A stretch of DNA of 64,000 nucleotides, taken from contig MU058337.1 in NCBI GenBank assembly GCA_013265495.1, positions 1,356,777-1,420,776 of the forward strand, given 5' to 3'. Of this stretch, positions 12,201 through 25,780 are shown piece after piece. How positions within the stretch are numbered: position 1 is the first letter of the stretch; every line of letters begins with the position of its first letter. The notes beneath the pieces are model-generated. The model had not been told where the DNA came from. It made no database searches and saw only the letters and a program-made list of their open reading frames with translations. Origin of the DNA: Vicugna vicugna (taxonomy: Eukaryota). The position numbers and the translations under genes were made by a program.

Positions 12201-14393
12201 CAAACTGTATCAAAAGTGTTACTGTGTTCTACCTCTCTATAACTGTTCTTAAGTCAACAAGGAAAAGTTACATAAAGTTGAGTAGTTCTGCTTAGGTAGC
12301 TGGGAGGTGCATATACCTGTATACGCTGATGTCCTTACAAAAAAGAATAAATAAAATTTTATTTCTAAATTTATTTCATTTCAAAGAGAAAAGCTTTTGT
12401 TATTGGGAAAATTCATTTATGTGGAACACTTCATTCCGTGAAGATGTTAGTTAACGTATGTGTTATTGCATTAATGTCTGTTTTGTATATAAGGTATAAT
12501 TTTACCCAAGGTATCACAAAACAGACGATTATATTTGCTTCAATGTAGAGTTGAAAACTGTCCAGGTTTTCTACGCTATGGAAAGACTATGCCTCTTCAT
12601 AATCAAATATCTGTGTGCTTCAAAATAAAAGGGATATAATTAGGAGTTACATGCTCAAATTGATAAGAAATGCTGTGTGTAATTTAAATTTTTTTTTCTT
12701 TGCAGCCTTTCTTATTTACTATCGGTTCCTTATGAATACAAAGGTGTTTTAAATTGGTGTTAAGAACATCCACTGTAACAAGAGTGGTAGCATCATTTCA
12801 TCTCCCTATGTTCTCAAGTTGCATTTGGACCCACAGAGCCCGGCACTCTTCTGAGCAGCTCCATCGCTGGCTCTCTCAAACATGCCCACATGGGCCAGAT
12901 CCAAGTCCTGGCAACATCTGTGGAGTCAGGATGGAAATTCATCAAACTCCACTCCACACATGATTCAGATGTAAGGGAAAGAATTTCTCCACAGAAAAAT
13001 GCAGACTTAATACATGTACTATAATTGCAGTTAGAGCAAATTTCTACTCAAAATCCAAGCATTCATAACTTTAAAAAGTTCCTCTGTAAAGTAGTTTTAT
13101 TTCAGTAAGCATTATCAAGACTAATTTCCCCATCAATTTTAAATTTCAGAATTTTTATCACTCTAAATGCATATTAGCAAATTAATCTAATTTATAGACT
13201 ATACCTTACTTAGGTAGATAATTTAGTCTAGGTTTTCCTGAAATAAATGAGGACTTGGGGTGACACTGATCTCTTTAATTATACTAAAGAGACAACCATT
13301 TATTTTAAGTGCATGCCATTCAAGTTATTTTTAGTTCATGGTAGATACCAAAATACTCATTTAAAAAGTTAAAGAAACTTATGCTTGTTTAATTGGGGGA
13401 GGATAAATGAGTATGTTCAGGAAGCTTTTAAGAGTATGGCTACTAGCAAAAATTACTCATTCAGCATCCCAAAACGCCTTAAATTTTCAAAAAAACACAT
13501 ACCTCCTCTTCTCGTAGACCATTCATCTGGTGTCATTTAGTGGCCATTACAGTAGACTTCAACACATCAAAGGTCGAGATGACCTAGACAGTTTTGGTGT
13601 ATACTCTTCTGCTCCCAATTAAAACACTCAACTTCAACTAGCCACAGCCACCGTAAGGCTGAAAATACCACCACCGCGTCTTAGCCTCCACTGGAGCCTC
13701 TTAAAACCTCATGACCCTCTGCCTTGTCAAATAATACATGAGAAAGCTGAACTTAAGTGTGACACTGTAATGAAGCAGGTGAAGTTTGGAAAGAGTGTGA
13801 TTTAACAGCTGATGGGTACCTGTCAATGAGATCAACAGAGACAACCATAGGGGGTTCATAAGGAATCACGGATGCCCCGGAGGAGAGCAAGTGACTATAT
13901 GATCCTACATGGTAGTTGCTGTTTGTCTTAGGTTTGTTTTTCAGAGGTGTCCCCATCTATCAAATGATAACATTTTCTCTCTAATCACAGCATTCCAAAA
14001 GCTAAATAGATAAATACATGTGATGCAAAAAACCTGCAGTCCTTTTTTTAAAAAAACTGACAGGCTTCCTATTAGGTGGTTCATTTCAAATAGGCCGTAT
14101 CTTTTTTAAATGCAGTATCTTGCCAATGACTGGTTTCCTTCCAATTCTGATTAAAACAAATTTTCTAATCAAGACAAATTTTCTAAACTGAAAGAAAAAA
14201 AAAATTATTTCTAGGCAATGATGTTGTTCTTACTCAATTGTTCTCCTCCCTCCAAAAAAAATTGAAGAGAGGAGTTCTCTGTAAGTTGAATAGAATCAAC
14301 TTTTCAATGTAGGAAAGATACAGTAAGCCTCTTAATTCAATTCTTTCACTCATCTAATCATACCCTCCCCTCAGGAAAGGCTCTCAATCCAAA

Positions 14394-14745
14394 TGTAGCT
14401 GCATGTTTAAGTCCCTCCCAACCCACGTCCGTATGTAGAAACCCTAACCCCCCCAGGGATGATGTTAGGAGGTCGAGCCCTTTGGAAGGCGACTGAGCCA
14501 TAAGAGTGGAGCCCTCATGAATGGGATTAGGGCCTTATTTAGACACCCCAGAGAGCTCCCAGATTCTTCTAGCATGCGAAGACACAGCAAAAAGACAGCC
14601 ATCTGGGAAGCAGGCCTTCATTAGACACTATCTGCTGGAGCCCTGATCTCGGACTTCCCAACCTCCAGAACGGTGAAAAATAAATTGTCGTTGTTTATAA
14701 GCTACTTAGTATGTGGTATTCCTGTTACAGCAGCACTGCAACAGC
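14394..14745 (+). mobile_element. MLT1A-like MaLR solo LTR
   Basis: 'tatgtagaaaccctaacccc...ggagccctcatgaatgggattag...gacacagcaaaaagacagccatctg...tctcggacttcccaacctccagaacggtgaaaaataaatt...tggtattcctgttacagcagc'. Confidence 0.85.
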
Positions 14746-15469
14746 ACTGCCTTTGACTTTCTCCAGCTCTTAAAATTCCATAGCGAAGGACGGCTAAGAG
14801 GTTGGTTCCTACTTGCTCCCCCAGGAAGCCAACAAGCTGAACTCCAGCCATCCCTCTTGAAAGCATTTGCACAAGTCAGTACCCTACTCACCCCTGAGAT
14901 CATCTGCTTCTGCTCCAGCCTTGAAACTAACCCCCTTTCACATGCCTCTGTACACTTCAGCAGACCTACATTGTTAAAGAGGAAGGTGCAATTCAGACTC
15001 GAATTAGATTCTCCCCCGAGCCACAGTAATAATGCTTTGTAAGTAAAGTCCAAGTGCACTGCTCCTTTATCCTATTATAACTGCATCTCCTAGCTTTTAA
15101 TAGTATAAATGCAGGTACTTACTTTCAGAACTCTTCCTCTTGGAGCTCTCTCTTCTAACTTAAGAACCAAGTACATTTGGAAACAATTTCAGAAAATCCC
15201 GTTCTGTCCAAATTTTTTGAATCATTTTCTGAAACTCAAACAGACTGCTATTCTAGGATTTTACTAGATTGCAAAAGGCCTGGGTTCCAGTTTATCCTCA
15301 TCACCTTTTATTATCTGAGGGATGCTGAGCTGTCATTTAACCTCACTAATTTGAGCTGTTTCATTTAACCTAATTCAACAAAACACTTATTCAATGTCTA
15401 CTATCAACTAAGTACCTTGCCAGTTTGGGAAGGGGACCTATGCTAGTTACCCAGATTTGTCCCCTTCAA

Positions 15470-15905
15470 GTGCTCAATAGTATGGCTATTAAACACTTGA
15501 AATATGGCTAGTGAGATGGAGGAACTGAATTTCAAATTTCAGTTTTTATTGATTTAAATTAAAAAAACTGATACTTCATTTAGCTATTGGAAAACTTTAA
15601 GTGTGGTTGGAACAACTTGAGCAGGTGAATCTAATTTTCAATTATTCATTTTATGAAATCTTAATATAGACAAATTATTTTAATGAATTTACTGTCCAAA
15701 TTGGGATGTGCTGTAGGATTACATACTTTGAAAACTAGTAAAAATAAGAATGTAAAGATGCCAGTGAATAATTTTAATACTGATAATATGTTGAAATGGT
15801 AAAATTTGGATATACTGGGTTAAATAAAATATAATTTAAAAATTATTCCACTAGTTTCTTTTTTTAAATTTTTTTAATGTGGCTGAACATTTTTATTGAA
15901 CAGTA
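15470..15905. mobile_element. Charlie1/MER3-family hAT DNA transposon remnant
   Basis: 'atggctattaaacacttgaaatatggctagtg...aggaactgaattt', 'gggatgtgctgta', 'tttggatatactgggttaaataaaatata...tttaatgtggct'. Confidence 0.75.
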
Positions 15906-17384
15906 CAGCTCGAGAACTTGCAAATAAATCCCATGTAACATGCCTGCCCCACCTTTATCTAACCTTCTATGTCCCATGCAATCTGTCTACATTTTTTGAA
16001 TAGAAAACCCAGCTGTCCTTTACTGTCAACACTTTGTACCCTGGGTCTTCCCCCAAAATAGCTTGTTGCAATAATTTGCTTGCTCTGCTATTTCTTCCGA
16101 ATATTAACATTCCACACGGAAAGAAACATCTTGGTTTGCTGTTGCACCTTCAGTGCCTTACACAGTACAATGCCACACACAGAGCAGGTGCTCACAACAG
16201 GTGTGTATAAAACCATAAGTGTTCCTGAGAAGTGTCTAAACTCAGTACCTGAAGGTACCAAGAAGCTGTTGTTGCTGTTAATATGACAATTCAGCTTCAA
16301 GTAGAAAAATGCCTAGATTACTTTAGAAAAACTTCCCAGTTTTTTAAAGAACCACAGGGCAGAAGTTTTTTCATCAAAACCATAAACTGCAGTAAATATA
16401 ACTTAGTTCTTAATATTTTTACCCCAATAATTTGAATTAAAATTGTCACATCTCTAGAAGCATATAGACCATTTTCTTCACACAAACACACAAAAATAGT
16501 AAATAAACAAATTAATTTCTCCCACTGCAACTTTTCCTTAAGATATAAAGGGGTAACCTTCAACTCCTTGATAAAATCATACATTAGTGAAGCAATTTGG
16601 AAATAGACACATCAGTTCAATCCTTTGTTTTCCCTCATTAAATGCTTTAACTTGAGCAAAAGGGACAAAGAATGCTTTTCCTAGCATCTCTGACTGTCAC
16701 TTATGGCTGACAAAATACATACCACGAGGATTGTTAGTTGTGTTTTAATTAGATTGGATTCCTACTCATAATGTTATATGTGTTTGCATATTATCACTAA
16801 AATGTAGAAATAGTAGAGCAGAATTCTTTGAAAATTTCTTTTACAATCTCAACTCCCAATACTAAATAGCTTTCACTTTCATTTGTCTTAATTTGATTAT
16901 TAACAGCTATAGCATCATTTACAAAAGAATGAGCTCCATTCTCCCTTGTGTATGCTCATGTATTTACTAAGAACTCTATAGATTCTCCTGGAGGAGTACC
17001 TGAAAAGAAAATAGAGCTCACAGCTGTGTCAAGAAAATATGGGCTCTCTACCATGTTATCTACCAATGCTTCTGCCCAAAAAGTTAATAATTGATCAGAT
17101 ACCAAAAGTGTGACTCCCAGGGCTGGAAGCCAAAGCCAAAATCTGCTTGTATTTCAATAAGTTTCTGCCTTTTCTCCCCAATTCTTTGCCAAGGAAACTC
17201 TACCAAGGAGCTCTTTATTCAAAATCCCCAGTACTCTAGGACTCAAAACAAATAAACAAACAAACCCAAAAGATCTATTGGATTTTATAGCTACCTTGTC
17301 ATTTTTAAAAAATAACAAAAAGAAGCACTGAATGAATGTGTAGAGTGAGTTACTAGAAACAAGATAGTATGCACACACTAGAGT

Positions 17385-20300
17385 ACAACAAAAGAGAGTC
17401 ACTTCTGGAACAGCAAGAGCCTCTGAAAATCTGTTACTCCATAAAAGCAATGACAACACTGGCAAAATGATCAAAATCAACTTTTTTAGAACTTTGGAAA
17501 TTATTCAAAGTCTTGCAACAAAAATAAACATTCATTTATTTAATAAAAAGAGCTGAATCTCAATAAGAACAGTAAGTTTGGGGGTATTTCCCATCCTTTA
17601 CTTTCCAGCTCTTCAGTAGCCTTGAAAACCAACAGCCTTTCATTCATGTTAGCCATGAAAACCAGTAGCCTGGCAACCACTAGTGGGTGCAGAAAAATAT
17701 GGAGTTACCCCAAAAACCTCTTTCTAGAGAACTGTTATTGTTTGACTTATCTGACACTTCGTTCTGTGGGAACCCCAACTTGTAAGTCTTCTTTTTATTT
17801 GACAAAGTCAGCTCATTGCAGTCTCTTCTCTGCATTGAAAAATGCAGAACATTTTTTTAAAAAAACCACTGACAATTGCTTAATATTGTGGCTGCCTGAG
17901 GCAGTACAGTACAGTTGAGGCAAATGAGAAGCTGACCAAGAAACTTACAGGAAAATATGGGAAATGAGATGTATGTAGAGTCTTCAAAGCACTCTGACAT
18001 ATTCCTGAGAATCTGAAAGTCCACATGCATGTGCAGAACTGTGGACAGGCTCAAGAAACACCTGAGAAAGCCTTAGTATATCACCTCTGGTGGGCCTTCA
18101 GTTACAAACAGAAATTACAAGCTATCAAAGCAAAGTAACCTGCTTCCTAGAATGTTGAAGCTAGACACTCCAGGAAGCACACAGAGCCTGTAGACAAAAC
18201 CTGGGATAGTTGCGGGTTCAAGGTATTTCTGGAAATCTTAGTCCAATCATTAGCTGGCCACTAAGTTAACTGACCAGAAACCTCAGTGGTCAAACAAAGA
18301 ATACAGACTTTACAAAGTCACTAACCAAACAAATAGCAACAATAATAAACACTGAAACAGGGGATCTGATTTCCAGATTTGACACACTATGTTATCTAAA
18401 ATGTTCAGTTTTTAACAACAAAAGCAAAAATTATAAGACTGTCAAAGAAACAGGAAAATATAGCCAACATTAAAACATTAAAAAAAAAAAGTCATTGACA
18501 ACTTCCCTGTGGAATCTCAGGCATTTGACTTACTAGACAATTACTTTAAATCAGCTATTATAAATATGACCAAAGAACTAAATGAAAACATGTCTAAAGA
18601 ACAAAAGAGAAGTATGAGAATGATGTCTTACCAAATAAAGAATATGAATAAAAAGATATAAATTATAAAAAGAAACCAAGTAGAAGTTACAGAGCTGAAA
18701 AGGACAGTAACTAAAATGAAAAAACCCACGAGCAGGCTCCACAGTAGATTTGAGCTGGCAGAAGAAAGAATCAGCAATTTTAAGATAGGTCAATTGAGAT
18801 ATTCAGTTTGAAGAGGACAAAGGAAAAATAATAATAATTTTGAAAACATGAACAGAGCCTCAGAGACCTGTGCAACATAATCAAACCTATTAACAGATGC
18901 ATAATGGGAATTTTGGAAGAAGCAGAAAAAAGAGAAGTAAAGAATATTTAAATAAATGATGGCTGAAAACTTCCCATATTTAATGAAAAACATTAATAAA
19001 CACATCCAAGAAGCTCAACAAAGCTCCAAGTAGAATAAGTTCAAAATCATCCACACTTAGACACCTCATTCAAACAATCAAACTGTTGAAAGACAAAGAC
19101 AAAAAGAGAATCTTGAAAGCAGCAAGAGAGAAGTAACTTATAAGTAACAGATAAAGGATCCTCAACAAAATAAACAGCTGGTTTCCCATTAGAGACCATG
19201 GAAGCAAGAGGCAGTGGGATAACATATTTAAAGTGATAAAGGGAAAATATGATTAACCTAGAATTCTGTCTCTAACAAAAGTCTCCTTGAAAATGAAGGA
19301 GAAGCTAAGGCATTTCCAATAAACAAACTAAAAGAGTGCCTCATACCTGCCCTATAAAAAGTGCTAAAGTGAGTCTTGCAGGCTGAAATGAAAAGACATT
19401 ATACAGCAACTCAAAACTACATAAAGAATAAAGAGCATCGATAAATGTAACAAAACTAAATATAAAAGATAATGTAAATGTTTTGCTGTTGTTTGTAACT
19501 CTTCTTCTATCTAATTTTAAAACAATCTCATAAAACAATACATATAAAGCTATGTTCATGCATTTATAATGTGTAAAGATACCATTTGCATAACAATAAT
19601 AGTACAGAGTTATATAAGAGAAAAGTTTTTGTACACTATTAAAATTAAATTGTTATTAATCTGAACTCAATTGCTATAAACTAAGATGTTAATTATAATG
19701 CTGAAGAAATCACTAAGAGATAACTCAAAAAATATAGTAAAAGAAACAAGAAAATTAAAATAGTACACAAGAAAACATCTATTTAATACAAAAGAAATCA
19801 GTAATGGAGGGACAGATGAAGAAAATAGACATCAGAAATGTTTTTTTTTTAATAGCAGTGTTATGGGCTGAATTAGTCCTCCCCAAGATTCATATGTTAA
19901 AGCCTTAACCACCAGTACTTCAGTGGGGCTGTATTTGGAAATACGTCCTTTAAAGAGTTGATTAAGTTCAATGAGGCCATTAGGATGAGTCTGAATCCAA
20001 TCTGACTGGTGTCTTTACAGAAAAGAAGTTTGGACACACAAAAGAGACACCAAGGATGTGCACATACAGAAAAAGACTATATGAGAACATAGTAAAAAGG
20101 TAGCCATCTACTTGCCAAGGTAAGAAGCCTCAGAAGACATCAAACCCACTATCACCTTAAACTTGGATTTCTAGCTTCCAGAACTGAGAAAACTAATTTC
20201 TATTGCCTAAGCCACCCAATCGGTGATGCTGTTACACCTGCCCTAGAGAACTAAAATGTGTTTCAGCAGACATTAATTCTACTATTAGTAATTATATGAA

Positions 20301-22632
20301 ATGCAGACGAATCAAACACTCCAATCAAAAGGCAGAGATAGGCAGAACGAATTGAAAGAAAATTGAAAAAAAATCTAGCTATATGCTCTCTCCAAGTGAC
20401 ATGTTAGATTCAAAAACACATATATGTCGAAAGGAAAAGGATGGGAAAATATATACTATGTAAACAGTAACCAAAAGAGAGGTAGGGTGGTTAGATCAGA
20501 TGAAAAGCCTTAAAAAAAATTTATACTAGAGACAAAAAAGAGTATTCTAAAATGATAAAATGATCAATCCACCAAGAAAGATTCTAAATATGCATGCACC
20601 TTACAAAAGCCCCAAATACATGAAGCAAAATTACAGAATTCAAGGGACAAGCAAACATTTCAACAACAATTCTTAGAGACTCCAATACCCTGCTTTCAGC
20701 AGTGGAGAGAAGAACTAGACAGAAGACCACAAGGAATTACAAGATTTTAACAACACTACAAACCAACCTAAAAAACTTCTAAAGAAGAGTCTACCCAATA
20801 ACAGCAGAATATGCATTCTTTTCAAGTGCACATGGAATATTCTCCATGGTAGACCACACGTTAGGCCATAAAACAAGTCTCAATAAATTGAGAAGAGCTG
20901 AAATCATATAAAGCACAGTGGAATTAAACTATAAATCACTAGCAGAAGGAGAGTTGGGAAATTCACAAATATGTTCAAGTCAAATGACACGTTCCTAAAT
21001 AATCAATGGGTCAAAGTAGAAATTACAAGTGAAATTATGAAATACCTTTAGATGAATGAAAAAAAAAACATAACATATGAAGATGTACGTGTTGCAACCA
21101 AAGCTTAAAAGAAATCTATAAATGTTAGGCCCTGTATTCAAAAACAAGGAAGACTCAAGTAATTATCTTTGCCTTCCACTTTAAAAAACCTTAAGAAAAA
21201 GAATAGCAAACCAAAGGAAGGAAATGATAATAATTGCAGCAGAAATAAATGAAACAGAGAATAGAAAAAACAGTGTAAAAGATCAATGAAACCAAAAATT
21301 GGTCCTTTGAGAAGATCAACAAAGTTGACAACTCTTAACTAGTATGACAAAGGAAAAAAAAAAGACTCAAAAAGTTAAAATCAAGAATGAAATAAGGGAT
21401 ATTAATACCAACTTTACAGAAATAAAAGGGATTAAAAGAGAATACTATGAACTACAAATCAGACAGCTTACATGAAATGGACAAATTCCTAGAAAGACAT
21501 AAACTACTGAAACTGACTAAAGAAGAATTCAAAAATATGACTAAACCAATAGCACGTTAAAAAAAAAAAACTTCCCACAAAGAAAAACCCAGGCCCAGGT
21601 ATGTTCACTGATGAATTCCATGAAACATTTAAGGAAGAATTAATACCAGTCTTCCAAACACAGAATAGGGGGGGAAGACATTTCAACTCATTCCCTGAAA
21701 CCAATGTTACTCCGATAATAAAACCAGACAAAGACATCACAAGAGAAGAAAACTGTAGTCCAATATGCATTAGGAACATGGACATAAGATCCTCATGAGT
21801 GCACCAGCAAAAGCAATTCAGCGATATCCTAAAGGGATCATGCACCATGACCAAGTGAGATTTATTCTAGGAGGCAAGGTTAGTTCAATGTGTGGAAATC
21901 AATCAATATAAAGCATCTCTGTTGCGGAAAAAGCATTTGATAAAATCCAAAATCCTTCCATGATAAGATATTTAACAAACAGGAACAGAAGGGAACTTCC
22001 ACAGCCCAATAAAGGAATCCACAAAAAAAAAAAAAAACAAACCTACAGATAACATCATACTTAATGGTGAACAAATGATGAAAGCTTTATCCCTCAGACG
22101 GGAAACAAGACACGGATGCCCACTCCTGCCAGTTTATTCAGCTTTGTGCTGGAATGTTCTAACCAGGAAGGTTAGGCAAGAAAAAATAGTAAAAGGAAGA
22201 AAGAGGTAAAACTATTTCTATTCTCAGATGACATGAGCTTGGCCATAGAAAATCCTAAAGGATAAACACATACACACACAAACACACACAGGAAGGGAAA
22301 AATACTCCAGGAACTAATAAACGAGATCACCAAGATTGCAAGACACAAGATCATTATACAAATATAAACTAACTGTATTTCTATACATTAATAATGAACA
22401 ATCTAAAAAATAAAGAAACGGTTCCATTTACAATAGCATCAGAAAGGATAAAATACTTGGGAGTAAATTTAACAAAATAAGTGTAAGACAAACACTGAAA
22501 ACTACAAACATCGTTGAAGGAAATTAAAGGAGATCTAAACAAATGGGAAAACACTCCCATGTTCATGAATCAGAAGACAATGTTGTTAAGATGGCAAATA
22601 CCCCCAGTTTGAGCTACAGGTTTAACACAGTC
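17385..22632 (+). mobile_element. Old L1 (L1MD-like): 5' region, decayed ORF1 (~18530-19430), spacer and decayed 5' part of ORF2 (~20270-22630); 3' end missing
   Basis: ORF1 motifs 'aagagaatcttgaaagcagcaagagagaag' and 'gaggcagtgggataacatatttaaagtg'; ORF2 motifs 'ttcttttcaagtgcacatggaatattctcc', 'ccaaaaccagacaaagac'-like and 'gaaaaagcatttgataaaatccaa'; many stops and frameshifts. Confidence 0.9.
19859..20258 (+). mobile_element. MLT1B-like MaLR solo LTR nested in the L1
   Basis: Starts 'tgttatgggctgaatt...ttcatatgttaaagcc'; contains 'aatccaatctgactggtgtc', 'gacaccaaggatgtgcac' and 'ttggatttctagcttccagaactg'. Confidence 0.85.
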
Positions 22633-24649
22633 CTACCCAGCCTTTACTCACCACCCCAACAATGGACACAATCTTTGGTGCTGAGTGTCCCTGAACTTAG
22701 TCACAGTCTTAGTTGAATGGGGAGAAAAAGCATATGAACTTATCTGAGAAAAAAAGAATGGTGAGAAAGAGACTTCCAAGCTGGAAGTGAGAGAAACCCT
22801 TTGTCAAGACATTTCCCAGTTTTCAATGCCCAGTGAAGACGTACACAATGGGGGAACTCAAGTGGCTGACGAGGAGGAAATCTATTTATTTGCCCTGCAT
22901 TGTTTCTTGCATTGGATCATGATTCCAAGGAAGTGCTGTTGTGACTGTTGAATTCTGATCATTACAAGATGCAGGCTATATCTCAAGATGTTAATGTGAA
23001 CTCTAACAATAAAGATAATCTATTTTTAACACATAATCATGGCATCATCCAGTAAAAGCCCCATCACACCCCCACCTGGATAATGGGAAACAACCACCAG
23101 CTTAAATTTGGGGACATTACACAGTATCACAGGGCTATCGCTTATTTAATAATCTCAAGACAAAAAAGTCCTAGCAGATGTCAGTTTGCCATGATAGTTT
23201 CCTGGCTCTTTCTTTGTTGGACATAAAAGCTATTAAAAGGCTTCTCTAAACAGTGGGGGTTTTTTTCAGGTATATTTTTCTGTTATTAAAGTTTATCTAA
23301 AGAAAGCTTTTCTGTGGGGAAATCTATGCCAACATGTCTTTCCTGAGGATGCAACACATGGAAAGATGTTAAACAATTGTTTCGCTAGAGGGGAAAATCT
23401 TCCTGACTTCAGCCACGATACACTTTGTTCTCATTATCATAAAACACAACCATTGCCCATAAACTTTCAGAGAAGACACGGAGAGAATGTTTCTGTCACT
23501 GGGGAAAATTACTCATCTTCATCTCCCCTGGTGGCTGTCAGTTCTGCACAGGGGCGCACACCCAGAGGATGTTGTTGGTGATCAAAGGCCAGCTGCCGTG
23601 GTCCGGCCTCCCCTGCAGGATGGGTCAGAGGTGTCCCCTGGAAGGAAACTGGCTTGCTCCAGTTCCTCAAACGTGCCTCAGACCAACACCCCTCTGCTCC
23701 TCCAAGGCTGACCTCTGCTTCCTCGGGTGCCTTGCTTTTTGGCACTGTTTTCTTATTCCATTTTAGAGCAGTTGCAGAGAATTCCTGTTTAGATCCATTA
23801 CCCTACTTTGCATGTCCTTCTGAAGTCCCACTGCCAGAATGTGCCCCCTTCTTTTTCAGGGTGTGGAATTAAACAATATAAATTATTCCTTTGGAATCAA
23901 GAGCCAAACTTGCCCTCTGTGTAGCACCCTCGGCAGAGGCCCGGGATGCATCAAAGCGTGCTTTGCATTTTCAAAGAAAGTGCCTGCTCGAATCAGATTT
24001 TTGATGACTTTAATTTTCTCCTTTGAGCCTCCAGTGGAATCATAATTTCCTTTATGTGGAAGAAAGAACACTGGCTCTGTTAACCAAAATACTACAAAGC
24101 TGCTGAGTGAAGAGCACAGGACAGCTTGGCAATCAGATGCTCATGGAAAGGACTTTGTTTCATAGCGGCCACTGCTAATACTCAGGACTTCGTGCCAACC
24201 AGTAAGACAGGCTCCACACGGAACGTCTGCTGTGATGTTATAATGAAACATCCTGGGCTATTAGTCCTCAAAGCATTTGGCTTTTTTGTTGTTCTCTTGT
24301 TTTAGCTTAGTGGGCTCTGCTCCTGATACGGTGTTCTGCTAAATGCAATCAAATTAAATTAAAAGAAACAAACAAAAAAAATGGAGCAGAGAAGCACAAG
24401 CCCCACAGATTACCCTGTGATTTTACATAATCGAATTACTGGGTCGGTTAAGTCAGTTAACTTCTCTTCTTTTTTTCCTCACTTGTTAAGGATGAGTAAT
24501 CTTTGGCGAATATAACAACAGCTTAAATAATGTAGAGGCCAACTTGGTATCGTCCTAAAAATATAAAGGAACAATTTTCTCCATTGTTTTCTATTTTGAT
24601 AAAAATGAGTGATTTTTCATGTAAAACTCAATATATAAAATTGTTTTGC

Positions 24650-24752
24650 CTTTTTCTTTAATTGATGTATAATTGACATGTAACATTATGTCAGTTTCAG
24701 ATGTACAACACAGTGGTTTGATGTTTGTATATACTGTGAAATGATCACAAAT
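24650..24752 (-). mobile_element. L1 3' tail (L1MA-like)
   Basis: 'ttgatgtataattgacatgtaacattatgtcagtttcagatgtacaacacagtggtttgatg...tgtgaaatgatcaca'. Confidence 0.75.
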
Positions 24753-25289
24753 ATAAATACTTTAAATAAATCAGATATCACTGGATTATTCCCTTTAATC
24801 CAGAAATGCTTCCCCCTCTCTGTATCAGAGGTGAGAAGAAATTCCTTTCCCCGTCTGTCTTCTACCTTCCCTGGTCCCAGGAGGTGTGGAGATGAGGTTG
24901 CAAAGCCAGAGGGAGGTCTCTAACTTTGCATATTCCAAATTCTCCCTTAGCCAAGACAGACTGCCCTAAATCACACCGTGTTGTTCCGTTGAAAGCATTG
25001 TTTTCACTGCTATTGCTTGTGACCATGCCTATAAAGGCAAAGGAAAATGGGACAGCAGTTATACAGAGGACCAAGGCCAACACAATGACCTGAGTTCCTC
25101 GAGAGAGACCTGAGGGAAATCATTGGGGGCACTGTATAAGCTGCCTGAGTTCTTCACTTCATTTTACAAACGCAGAAGTGACCTTTCTGGGCAGAGCAGC
25201 TTTGAAGGAAAGCTTGGCCGTGGAAATGAACCTCCTTCACTCTCCGTTTTTCTCCTTCCTGACGCTTCCACCCAGCATGACGCAGGGAA

Positions 25290-25520
25290 CAAAGCAGAAA
25301 GAGCTTCAGCCATGGGGTCTAGCTTTGGGACCTGGACTTGCATCTTGTCTCTGCAACTTAACTACCTGTCAGACTGGGTAAATTACTTAACTACCACGAG
25401 TCTCAATTCTGGATTCCTAAAATGGGGCATATATGACTTCCAAACCATAGCATAAGGGCCAAGTGAGACAGCACACTTAGCCAACAGTCTGGTAGAGTAT
25501 GGATTCCATAACCACTATTC
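25290..25520 (+). mobile_element. MIR SINE
   Basis: 'ctgggtaaattacttaactaccacgagtctcaattc...cctaaaatgggg...agcacacttagccaacagtctgg'. Confidence 0.55.
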
Positions 25521-25643
25521 AGTTTTAATTCAAATTAGGTCCTTAGGGCAATACCTGGATCTATGCCCTCTCACTCTAAACTCTTACAACCCACCTCCCC
25601 TAAACAAAAACAAACAGAAAAACAGAAAACCGCATTAGCCCAC

Positions 25644-25780
25644 CTGATATATTTCAATACGGCTACAATAAGTCTTCACAATTTACTAAGATGCTCGCTC
25701 TTTCTCTCTCTCTCTCCCTCTCTTTCTCTCAGTTTGCTTCAACAAAATGCAAATTCCTCCTTATCCGTGCTCCCCGCTAT
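25644..25780 (-). other. Candidate non-coding first exon containing a (GA)n tract
   Basis: Minus strand ...gaaatatatcag|gtgggc donor (exon end 25644); (TC)n on + strand at ~25696-25730; 5' boundary unknown. Confidence 0.25.

Noticed and set aside
12705..12744. Plus-strand exon-like segment after a strong tttttttctttgcag acceptor
   Set aside because: Weak donor (aag|gtgttt), opposite to the inferred host strand, no partner exons.
13503..13526. Minus-strand 24-nt MNGLREEE|gtatgt segment
   Set aside because: Good donor and phase 0, but weak Kozak, no pyrimidine tract and no promoter-like context.
18530..22630. L1 ORF1/ORF2 as functional genes
   Set aside because: Numerous stops and frameshifts; only short remnants such as 21601-21798 remain.
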